The translations under genes and the position numbers were made by a program. Below are positions 56,226-64,000 of a DNA stretch of 64,000 bases, one piece after another; position 1 is the first letter of the stretch, and every line of letters begins with the position of its first letter. Origin of the DNA: Vicinamibacteria bacterium (GTDB lineage Bacteria > Acidobacteriota > Vicinamibacteria > Marinacidobacterales > Marinacidobacteraceae); the NCBI GenBank assembly GCA_963422395.1, contig OY729431.1, forward strand, positions 2,816,001 to 2,880,000, given 5' to 3'. The notes under the pieces are model-generated. The model saw nothing but the letters and a program-made list of their open reading frames with translations, was not told where the DNA came from and made no database searches.

Positions 56226-57002
56226 GTGAGCCGCCCGCGACCACATTACCTGCTGCTGCAGGTGCGCGAACCCGAGGATCCGATGGCGGAACACGAGGTG
56301 CTCTCTTTCCGGAAGGCGCTCGCTATCGGTGAGGATCAGCTCTGCGTCCACGATCTGCTTTCGGCGCGGCCTTCGGCGGCGGTGCTCGATGCCAGCGACG
56401 CCGTGCTGATCGGCGGCAGCGGGGACCATTCCGTGGTTCGGGGCGGTCCCTGGCTCGCCGGCGCGCTCGGCGCGATGGAAACGCTCTATGAGCGGTCGAA
56501 GCCGGCGTTCGCCTCGTGCTGGGGCTTCCAGGCGTTCGCCTGCGCGCTCGGCGGCCGGGTGGTGACCGACAGGACGCGCGCCGAAGTGGGCGTCGTATCT
56601 CTCGAACTGACTGCGGCCGGTCAACGGGATCCCGTCTTCGGTCCGCTCGGGACCCGGTTCCCGGCGATCCTCGGCCACGAGGACATCGTCACCGATCTGC
56701 CTCCCGGAGCGGCCTGTCTCGCTTCGAGCGCGACCATCCCCAACGAGGCCTTCGCCTTCTGCGGAAAACCCATCTACGCCGCCCAGTTCCATCCGGAACT
56801 CGACCGCGAGGGGCTCATCGAGCGCATCGCCGCCTACCCGCCCTATCTGCCCCTGACCGGGGCGCGTTCTCTCGAAGAGCTCCGCGTCATCACCCCGAAA
56901 ACCCCCGGAGCGACCAGCCTCCTGCGGCGGTTCGCCGGCGAGATGGTGCGTCCGGCAGGCCGGGAACAGCTCTCCCCGCCGGGTATCATCCGCGCCCCGT
57001 AA
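56226..57002 (+). CDS. type 1 glutamine amidotransferase (GMP-synthase-like)
   Basis: IGGSG, SCWGFQ, GHED and QFHPE motifs. Confidence 0.88.
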   Translation: MSRPRPHYLLLQVREPEDPMAEHEVLSFRKALAIGEDQLCVHDLLSARPSAAVLDASDAVLIGGSGDHSVVRGGPWLAGALGAMETLYERSKPAFASCWGFQAFACALGGRVVTDRTRAEVGVVSLELTAAGQRDPVFGPLGTRFPAILGHEDIVTDLPPGAACLASSATIPNEAFAFCGKPIYAAQFHPELDREGLIERIAAYPPYLPLTGARSLEELRVITPKTPGATSLLRRFAGEMVRPAGREQLSPPGIIRAP

Positions 57003-58930
57003 TGGACCTGACGGCTCGCCTGTTCGCGCTGGTTCTCCTGTTGGGGGCAGCGGTTCCTCCCGCCTTCGGCGAGCCGCCGGAGGGAATTCGTCCCACGGCG
57101 GGGCAGGAGGAAGAAGAAGAGACCGCGCCCACTCCCCCTCTCCAGAGTTCGCACACCGAGACGGTGGTGGTGACCGCGAGCCGCGCCGAGGAAACCCTCG
57201 TGGACTCGGTGGCGCTGGTCACGGTGCTGGACCGGGAGAACCTTGCGGAATCGCCGGCGGCGCTCCTGGACGAGACGCTGGGACGGATTCCCGGATTCGG
57301 ACTCTTCCGCCGCAACTCCAGCCTCATCGCGCACCCCACCACCACCGGGGTTTCCCTGCGAGGGATCGGCCCGAGCGGCGCGAGCCGATCGCTGGTGCTC
57401 TGGGACGGGTTGCCGATCAACGACCCCTTCGGCAACTGGGTGTACTGGAACCGCCTGCCGACGCTGTACCTCGACCGCATCGAGGCGGCGCGCGGAGCGG
57501 GCAGCCCCCTCTACGGCAGCTCGGCGCTCGGGGGCGCCGTCCAGCTCCTTTCCCGCCGCCCCGAGGCCGGCCTTTTCCGAGCGCGAGGCCGCCTCGGCAA
57601 CCTCGGGATCCAGGACGGTGAAGTGGTCGCCTCGCACGAAGCGGGAGGCATCGCCGTCATCGGCGCCGCCCGGATGTTCCGCAGTGACGGGTATCACCGC
57701 ATCCGCGAGGCCGAGCGGGGTTCGGTGGATCAGCCGGCGGGGGTGGACTTCCGCTCGGTCGTGGGCCGGGCCGAAGCCGGGCCGGTGCATTTCTCGATCA
57801 ACTACTACGCGGAAGACCGTCGAAACGGCACTCCGATCCAGAGAAACGATTCGCGGCTGGTGCTGGCCTCCGGCGGCATCACCGAAGAGACCTGGGACCT
57901 GCGGGTGTTCGGGCAGAGTTCCCGGCTGAACAGCGACTTCTCACGCATCCTTCCCGGCCGGAACCGCGAGATCCCGACCTCCGAGCAGCGGTACGAGTAC
58001 TCGGGAGTCGGTGGAGTCGTCACCACCCGGCTCGGCGCCGGACTCCTCGCCGGCGCCGACTGGATGCGGACCGCGTGGGGAGACCACAGCCAAAACCGCT
58101 TCGGCGGCTTCCTCCAGAAGCGGATGGAGTTGCACCCGGACCTCGAGCTGCTCGCCGACGGCCGCCTCGACCTGTGGCAGAACGCCGGCACCCGAGCGAG
58201 CGTCAATCCCCGCGTCGGCCTTCGCTACCACTTCTCCCAGAATACGACGCTTCGCGCCTCGGGATACCGAGGCTTCCGCGCTCCCTCGCTCAACGAGCTG
58301 TACCGTCCGTTCCGGGTCGGCAATGTCCGGGTCGCCGCGAACGACGGTCTCGGCGAGGAAACGCTCTACGGTGCGGAGGCGGGCGTCGATCTCTATCCCT
58401 CGCGGAACCTGCTGATCCGGGGGAACGGCTACTGGAACTCCCTTCGGAATACGGTCGGGAATGTCACCCTCGAGGTGAACGACCAGGGAGTTTTCCGGCA
58501 GCGCCAGAACATCGGCCGGGCGAGCGCCCGCGGGATCGAAGCCGAGGCGTACCTCTACCCCGACAGTCGGACGGAGATCTTCGCGTCCTACCTCCTCTCC
58601 TCGACTTCCGTCGAAGATACCGGGAAGCGGTTGCCCCAGGTTCCGCTGCATCAGGGCGCCTTCGGCATCACCTGGCGCGGGCCCGCGGTCGTCCGGGCCG
58701 ACCTCCGCTTCCTGGGCCGCCAGTTCGAGGACGACCGCAACGAGCTGCCGATGGACGGCTTCGTTTCGCTCGGGCTCCGGGTCTCCTATCCGGTGAACGA
58801 GCGCTTGAGCCTCTTCGTCGCCGGCGAAAATCTCACGGACGCCGAGATCGTTTCGGCCCGCACCCCCATCGAGACCCTGGGCACTCCCCGCGCGGTCCAG
58901 CTGGGGGTGGATTTCGACCTGTCCCGCTGA
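57002..58930 (+). CDS. TonB-dependent receptor
   Basis: Signal peptide; ETVVVTASR TonB box; SLRG, LWDGLPIND, RIEAARG..SPLYGSSALGG and GENLTD motifs. Confidence 0.92.
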   Translation: MDLTARLFALVLLLGAAVPPAFGEPPEGIRPTAGQEEEEETAPTPPLQSSHTETVVVTASRAEETLVDSVALVTVLDRENLAESPAALLDETLGRIPGFGLFRRNSSLIAHPTTTGVSLRGIGPSGASRSLVLWDGLPINDPFGNWVYWNRLPTLYLDRIEAARGAGSPLYGSSALGGAVQLLSRRPEAGLFRARGRLGNLGIQDGEVVASHEAGGIAVIGAARMFRSDGYHRIREAERGSVDQPAGVDFRSVVGRAEAGPVHFSINYYAEDRRNGTPIQRNDSRLVLASGGITEETWDLRVFGQSSRLNSDFSRILPGRNREIPTSEQRYEYSGVGGVVTTRLGAGLLAGADWMRTAWGDHSQNRFGGFLQKRMELHPDLELLADGRLDLWQNAGTRASVNPRVGLRYHFSQNTTLRASGYRGFRAPSLNELYRPFRVGNVRVAANDGLGEETLYGAEAGVDLYPSRNLLIRGNGYWNSLRNTVGNVTLEVNDQGVFRQRQNIGRASARGIEAEAYLYPDSRTEIFASYLLSSTSVEDTGKRLPQVPLHQGAFGITWRGPAVVRADLRFLGRQFEDDRNELPMDGFVSLGLRVSYPVNERLSLFVAGENLTDAEIVSARTPIETLGTPRAVQLGVDFDLSR

Positions 58931-59098
58931 ACAGAGCTCCTGATTCTCCAAGCAGATGGAACACCTTCGACAGTTCCCCCTCGCCTCCCCGAAAACCGCA
59001 GTTCGACAAGGCCGCTTTCGCGGCCCACGACCTGTTCGTGAAGCACCTCGGTTTCGCCCTCTCGTCCTGGTCGGAGTGCATGTGTGACCCCACGCAGC

Positions 59099-61285
59099 AT
59101 GCGCGGTAACCGGCCTCGCTGGCGCGCTCTCGCCGCTTTCCCGGCGCTCCTGCTCGCTTGCACCGCCGGACCGTCCGAGCCTCCCGCTCTCGAAGACCGC
59201 TCCGACTGGCCGCTGCAGGAGCTTCGCGACGAGCCCTTCGATGTCCTCCACTACCGGATCGCTCTCGACCTCGACGAGACGACCCGCAGCCTCGAAGGCA
59301 GCGCTCGGATCCACCTCCGGACGGAAGCCGCGATCTCGGAACTGCGCTTCGATGCCGAGACTTTCGAGGTGCGCTCGGTCCGCACTGGGGACGAAGAACT
59401 CGATTTCATCCACGAAGACGGGAACCTGGCCATCGAACTCGGAAAATCCGTCCCGGAGGGCGAGACCCTCGTGCTCGAGATCGCCTACGGCGGCTCCGGC
59501 GTGGATGTGGACGCCACCCGCTTCGGAATGCCTGCGAGCTACGACCTGGGTCTCGACTTCAAGCCGGCGACCGACCGCAACCCGGAGCTGGTGAACACCC
59601 TCTCCTTCCCCGAGGGGGCGCGGCACTGGTATCCCTCGGTGGATCACCCGGCAGACCGCGCCACCTTCGAGCTGCTCGCCACCGTGCGTGAGGATTGGCG
59701 CGTCCTCTCTAATGGACGCCTGGTGGAAATCCGTGAGGGACCGCGCCCGGGCGTCCGAACCCACCACTGGCGCCTCGACGAACCCCATCCGACCTACCTC
59801 TCGGTACTGGTCGCCGGGCCTTACCAGGTCATCGCCGACCGGCACGGAGCGATCCCGGTGCACTACTGGGTCTATCCCCGGGATGTCCCGGACGCCGACC
59901 GCAGCTTCCAGAAGACCCCGGCGATCCTCGCTTTCTTCGAGGAGGAATTCGGCGTCCCTTACCCGTGGAACAAGTACGACCAGATCACCATTCCCGGGAT
60001 CGGAGGCGGTGCGGAGAGCACTACCGCCACCGTACTCGGCGAGAGCACGATCCACGACGAGCGCGCCGAGCAGGACTTTCCGAGCCACGGGCTCGTGGCC
60101 CATGAGGCCGCTCACCACTGGTGGGGCGATCTGGTGTCCTACCGCGACTGGGGCGAAACCTGGATCAGCGAGAGCTTCGCCACCTACTCCGAGTACCTCT
60201 GGCACGCCCACGAACTCGGAGCCGACGAGGCCGGCGAGAACATGCGCCGAAAACGAGAGTCCTACCTGCGCCAGGCGCGGACCGTCCTCCGCCCGGTGGT
60301 CTCGAACCGGTGGCGGCGCCCGAACGACAACTTCGACGCGCACACCTACCCGAAGGGCGCCGCTCTCCTCCGCCTCCTCCGCCACATCGTGGGGGACGCG
60401 GAGTTCCGCGCCGGAATACGGCACTTTCTCGAAAAACACGCCTTCGAGCCGGTGGACACCGAGGATTTCATCGCCGCTTTCGCCGAGACCCCAGGGGTGG
60501 ACATTCGCTGGTTCGTGGACCTCTGGCTCCGCCGCCCCGGGCATCCGATCCTCGAGATCGAGAGCAGCTTCGGCGACGGCGCCGCGGTGATGCAAATCCG
60601 GCAGGTCCAGACCGCGGCCGCCAGCATGGGCACCGTCCCGGAGGAGTACCGAGCGCCGCTCGCGGTGCGGGTGGTCACCGGATCCGGTTCCGAAATCCAC
60701 CGCTTCACCCTCGAAGGCCGCGAACAGACCCTGACCTTTCCAGCTGCCGGAGAGCCGCACTATATGCGCTTCGACGCCGACGATGTCCTGCTCGGGGAGC
60801 TGCGGATCACGAAACCGGCAGCGGAATGGGTCGCACAGCTCGCGGACGACGACGGCGCCGGCCGCCGCCGGGCGGCGGCCGCGCTCGCGGGAATGGGCGG
60901 TGAGGAAGCCCGCACCGCGCTTCGGACTGCGGCAGCCTCCGACCGCTTCTGGGCGGTCCGCGAAGCGGCCGTCGGCGGGCTCGACCCGACCGATGCCGCG
61001 GACGCTCTTGCGCTGCGAAGAGCCGCCGAGCAGGATGCCCGATCCGCGGTCCGCGCCGCGGCGCTCACCCGGCTGGCTGGTTCCGCCGGCGCCGAGTTCT
61101 CGATCCGACGCTTTCGGAGCGACTCCAGTTACCGTGTCCAAGCAGCGGCAGTCGCCGCACTCGGTGAGCTCCCGGGCCCTCCTGCCGGCGAGGTCCGCGC
61201 GGTTCTCGAAGAGGCAGCGCGCCTGGCCTCCCCCCGGGACATCGTCGCCCGCGCGGCGCGGGAAGCGCTCGACCCACAGAGCTGA
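59099..61285 (+). CDS. M1 aminopeptidase with C-terminal HEAT repeats (lipoprotein)
   Basis: Lipobox LLAC; GGAES, HEAAHHWWGD...ISESFATY and YPKGA motifs; HEAT-like helical repeats. Confidence 0.92.
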   Translation: MRGNRPRWRALAAFPALLLACTAGPSEPPALEDRSDWPLQELRDEPFDVLHYRIALDLDETTRSLEGSARIHLRTEAAISELRFDAETFEVRSVRTGDEELDFIHEDGNLAIELGKSVPEGETLVLEIAYGGSGVDVDATRFGMPASYDLGLDFKPATDRNPELVNTLSFPEGARHWYPSVDHPADRATFELLATVREDWRVLSNGRLVEIREGPRPGVRTHHWRLDEPHPTYLSVLVAGPYQVIADRHGAIPVHYWVYPRDVPDADRSFQKTPAILAFFEEEFGVPYPWNKYDQITIPGIGGGAESTTATVLGESTIHDERAEQDFPSHGLVAHEAAHHWWGDLVSYRDWGETWISESFATYSEYLWHAHELGADEAGENMRRKRESYLRQARTVLRPVVSNRWRRPNDNFDAHTYPKGAALLRLLRHIVGDAEFRAGIRHFLEKHAFEPVDTEDFIAAFAETPGVDIRWFVDLWLRRPGHPILEIESSFGDGAAVMQIRQVQTAAASMGTVPEEYRAPLAVRVVTGSGSEIHRFTLEGREQTLTFPAAGEPHYMRFDADDVLLGELRITKPAAEWVAQLADDDGAGRRRAAAALAGMGGEEARTALRTAAASDRFWAVREAAVGGLDPTDAADALALRRAAEQDARSAVRAAALTRLAGSAGAEFSIRRFRSDSSYRVQAAAVAALGELPGPPAGEVRAVLEEAARLASPRDIVARAAREALDPQS

Positions 61286-61316
61286 CCGCGCCGCCCGACA
61301 GACGGAGCAGCGCGCC

Positions 61317-62873
61317 CTACCCGGCGCCTTTCGCGGATGCGAAGCGCGCGGACCGCGCTGCAGAAGCCGCCAGCACCGCCTGCGGCACCGGAAAGCTTCG
61401 GATGAAGGACTTGGCGTAGGAGAACCAGCCTCCCTGGTACGGTCGGCTGGTGGTGCGAATGAACGCCGCCATCGCTTCCGAGTTGAGCGCCGCCAGAAGC
61501 GCGCTCCAGTCGAGCGGAACGCGAGGTTTCACGCAGTACCCGGAATAGAAGGTCGCCTGCGGTTCCGGGCAGCGCTGGAAGTTCGGAACTCGATTCATCC
61601 CCGAAGTCAACAACTTGTCGCCAAAACCGGACACCAGGGAGACCTGCCGTCCGAATCCGTACCAACGGCGCGGATCGGTGCGCCCCTTGTCGCGGGCCAG
61701 CAGCCGCGCTCGATTCCGCCGCAGCCAGGCGTAGGCCCGCGGCGCTCGATCGGCGATCTCGGCCTCAGGCAGCAGCTGCCCTTCACGGTCGTAGGGGAAG
61801 ACCACGACCCGGCGCGCCGGATCGCGGCCGCCGCGGAGCACCGAGGCCTTCACGATGGGACGCAGCACCCAGCTCTCGAGCCGCTCGCTGCGCCCTTCGA
61901 CGAAGCAGTCCACGAGATCGGCATCGCCCAGGTCAACGGCCGGTTCCCGCCGGCACAGGATGAACACCCGGTCGGCGAGCGTCTGGACGCCGACATGGAT
62001 GTCGGCGATCTCGTCGAGCCGAGGCCCTCGCCCGGCGAGCTCGCGCATCGTGCGCCACTCGGCAGCGGTCGCCGGGATCCAGGGCGCGGACGGACGCTCC
62101 GGATCCCCCCGGACGGTGCCGGCGGGGGCGAATCGGCCGTCTTCGAAGCGCCATGTCGGAATCGGCCGCGGCGCACCGTCTCGTTCGATCACGGTGATCG
62201 CGGTGTAGGTGGTGACCCGCGGGAATACCTGATGGGCGCCGAAATCCAGGATCCGCCGAACCCGGTGCGCGGTCGAAAGGTGCGACCGCAGCGCTCCCGC
62301 CGCCTGGGACCGCAGCCAGCTCGAAGGGGTGATGTAGGCGAGGCTTCCTCCGCGCCGCAGCAGTTCGAGCCCCAGCTCGAAAAACACCACATACAGATCG
62401 GTCGCTCCGTGCGTGAGTGACCAGCCGCCGGCGCGCTCGCGTCCGGTGCGTTCGAGGTGCTGCACCCGGACATAGGGCGGATTCCCGATTACATGGGTGA
62501 AGCGGCCCGAGGTGTCGGCGAATCCGGACCGGTCGAGCGCGTTGCGCTCCTCCAGCCGCCAGCGGACCCGAGCCCGGGGATAGCGCTCCCGAAGCACAGC
62601 GTCGAGGCGACGGCCACAGTCGGCGAGCGCGGAGCCTTCGATGTCGTAGCCGGCCAGGCGCCGCAGCGTCCCGAGCGCTGCAGTACGAGGCAGCCGCCGC
62701 AGGCTCCGGCGCGCGACTTCGACCAGAAACTCCCCGTCGCCGCAGGCAGGGTCGCAGACCGCGGCGCTTCGGAGACTGGCCGCCTGATCCAGACCGGCGG
62801 CGTCCAGGATGCGGACGACCACCGGCCGGGGCGTGTACACCACGCCATTCCGCTTGCGGCGGGAAGGGATCAT
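61317..62873 (-). CDS. type II N6-adenine DNA methyltransferase (gamma class, TaqI/Eco57I-like)
   Basis: GVVYTP, DPACGDGEFL, IGNPPYVR, DLYVVF and YITPSSW motifs; C-terminal TRD. Confidence 0.92.
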   Translation of the reverse strand: MIPSRRKRNGVVYTPRPVVVRILDAAGLDQAASLRSAAVCDPACGDGEFLVEVARRSLRRLPRTAALGTLRRLAGYDIEGSALADCGRRLDAVLRERYPRARVRWRLEERNALDRSGFADTSGRFTHVIGNPPYVRVQHLERTGRERAGGWSLTHGATDLYVVFFELGLELLRRGGSLAYITPSSWLRSQAAGALRSHLSTAHRVRRILDFGAHQVFPRVTTYTAITVIERDGAPRPIPTWRFEDGRFAPAGTVRGDPERPSAPWIPATAAEWRTMRELAGRGPRLDEIADIHVGVQTLADRVFILCRREPAVDLGDADLVDCFVEGRSERLESWVLRPIVKASVLRGGRDPARRVVVFPYDREGQLLPEAEIADRAPRAYAWLRRNRARLLARDKGRTDPRRWYGFGRQVSLVSGFGDKLLTSGMNRVPNFQRCPEPQATFYSGYCVKPRVPLDWSALLAALNSEAMAAFIRTTSRPYQGGWFSYAKSFIRSFPVPQAVLAASAARSARFASAKGAG

Positions 62874-62880
62874 GGGGAAG

Positions 62881-63573
62881 TCAGGGAGAGAGGTGGCGCA
62901 AGCGGATGCGAAGCGCCATGCGATCGAAAAAGCGTAGAACGCTCAGCTCGCGGTCGAGCAGACACCAGGAGCGCTCGCCGAGTTCCAGCGTCTGCGGGGT
63001 CGAGCTGCCGACGATCTTCTGATACTCGGGATCGAGATCCAAAAGCCCCACTGCCATCTCATCCGGCGCATGCGCGTGGCGGTGGTCCCGCCGGAGTTTC
63101 GCGTAGCGCTCGATATCCCGATCTCGAATCTGCTCGGTCTTTTTCAATTGACCCTGTCGATCCTTGTAGGGAATCGGATTCGTCACGAAGAACAGATTCC
63201 CGTACACCAGGTTCTGGCGGCGGAGGTTCGCAGTTTCCCCGAGCTGCTGTTCGAAATAGTTGACGGCGTTCTGATGGTAGTTGGACATCACGAACTTCAC
63301 GCTGATCACCGCCAAAGTCTCCGCTTCGCTTCGAACAAGCACATCGACCGCTTTGGGGTAGTACTCCCCATGAACCTGAGCTTCTTCCCGCGAGGTCTCG
63401 CTCTGGCCAACGAGCAAATAGGCAGGATCCCGGAGATTGCGCGACAGCTCCGTCTGTACCCAGCCGTGGAGCGGTGCGAGTTTTTTGGGAGATCGCGGAC
63501 CGTGTTCCTTGAACAAGGCGTAGGAGTCCTGCAGTGCCTTCAGGTATCGGGACTTGAAGGCCGGGTCCGTCAT
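62881..63573 (-). CDS. putative type II restriction endonuclease (PD-(D/E)xK)
   Basis: PKAVDVLV...ISVKF..SNYHQNAVNYFEQQLGE; directly upstream of and co-oriented with the MTase; lower GC than the flanks. Confidence 0.75.
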   Translation of the reverse strand: MTDPAFKSRYLKALQDSYALFKEHGPRSPKKLAPLHGWVQTELSRNLRDPAYLLVGQSETSREEAQVHGEYYPKAVDVLVRSEAETLAVISVKFVMSNYHQNAVNYFEQQLGETANLRRQNLVYGNLFFVTNPIPYKDRQGQLKKTEQIRDRDIERYAKLRRDHRHAHAPDEMAVGLLDLDPEYQKIVGSSTPQTLELGERSWCLLDRELSVLRFFDRMALRIRLRHLSP

Positions 63574-64000
63574 TCGCATCGTTCCAGGTACCCTCGTTCG
63601 TCCCGGGTCATAGGTGCCGGCACGGTGTCTCGCCACCGGAGATCGCGAAAAGTCGAGAGCGCTGGTCGAGGGAGGCCGGTCGAGGGAGGCTGGGGGGTTC
63701 GCTGCGCGAACTCCCGACAGACAGCCATCGCGGCCGAACCATATACGCGGCAGCCGACGAAACCCGTCACCAGAAATCCGGCGGCCAGGAACGAAACGGT
63801 ACTGTGTCGGCTGACGGGCCGCGGCATACAGATACGATCAGCAGGGCAGAACGTGAGAGGCTTCGGCCGATGAATCCTTCGATAGCATTTCTTTCCGGTT
63901 GCGCTGGATTGCTCCTCATCGGAGTACCAGCCTCCCGGGCGCAGAGCGCCGGGGAGCGTTTTCCCTGGCCGTCGTTCCGCGGTCCCTCGGCTTCCGGGAT

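Noticed and set aside
58931-59098. Possible gene fragment or riboswitch between the TonB receptor and M1 peptidase genes (PQFDKAAFAAHDLFVKHLGF in one frame)
   Set aside because: No start codon or RBS in that frame and no recognisable riboswitch consensus; too weak to call.
57941-61141. 1066-aa minus-strand ORF
   Set aside because: Antisense shadow of the TonB receptor and M1 peptidase genes.
61317-63573. Assigning the R-M pair to XhoI/PaeR7I (CTCGAG) or to GTNNAC
   Set aside because: Motif resemblance is weak, and CTCGAG, GTGGAC and GTGAAC are all abundant in the window; specificity cannot be read by eye.
52875-64000. tRNA-Arg(ACG)-anchored genomic island extending to the R-M genes
   Set aside because: I saw no duplicated tRNA 3' end (attR) or integrase in the window, and most intervening genes have host-like codon usage.

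Overview
High-GC bacterial chromosomal window. Gene content and the amidase-GerMN-rph-rdgB-tRNA order suggest an Acidobacteriota-like heterotroph; this is inference only. It holds mostly housekeeping and catabolic genes, many with export signals, and 7 tRNA genes. There is a quinohemoprotein amine dehydrogenase cluster (qhpA-D-C-B-F-E, 28.8-35.9 kb) with no local qhpG/qhpR, and its QhpC has an extra Cys in a Cx5D motif. Other elements are a small glycosyltransferase/O-antigen-ligase block, an IS481 remnant, an orphan DUF1156 DNA methyltransferase and a type II R-M pair at the right end. The most unusual structures are not in the ORF track: (1) a repeat family present as a 294-bp x3.3 tandem array (42631-43594) and as degenerate direct copies flanking a coiled-coil membrane-protein gene and the DUF1156 gene, which gives a cassette-like layout; (2) a MITE (10429-10623) and a 38-bp TIR-only derivative inserted at the 3' end of tRNA-Arg(CCG), where it regenerates the CCA; (3) strong window-wide avoidance of ACGT through synonymous codon switching; (4) extreme G-skew in the 3' part of the DUF1156 gene. 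All calls come from reading sequence motifs by eye; no database searches were run.
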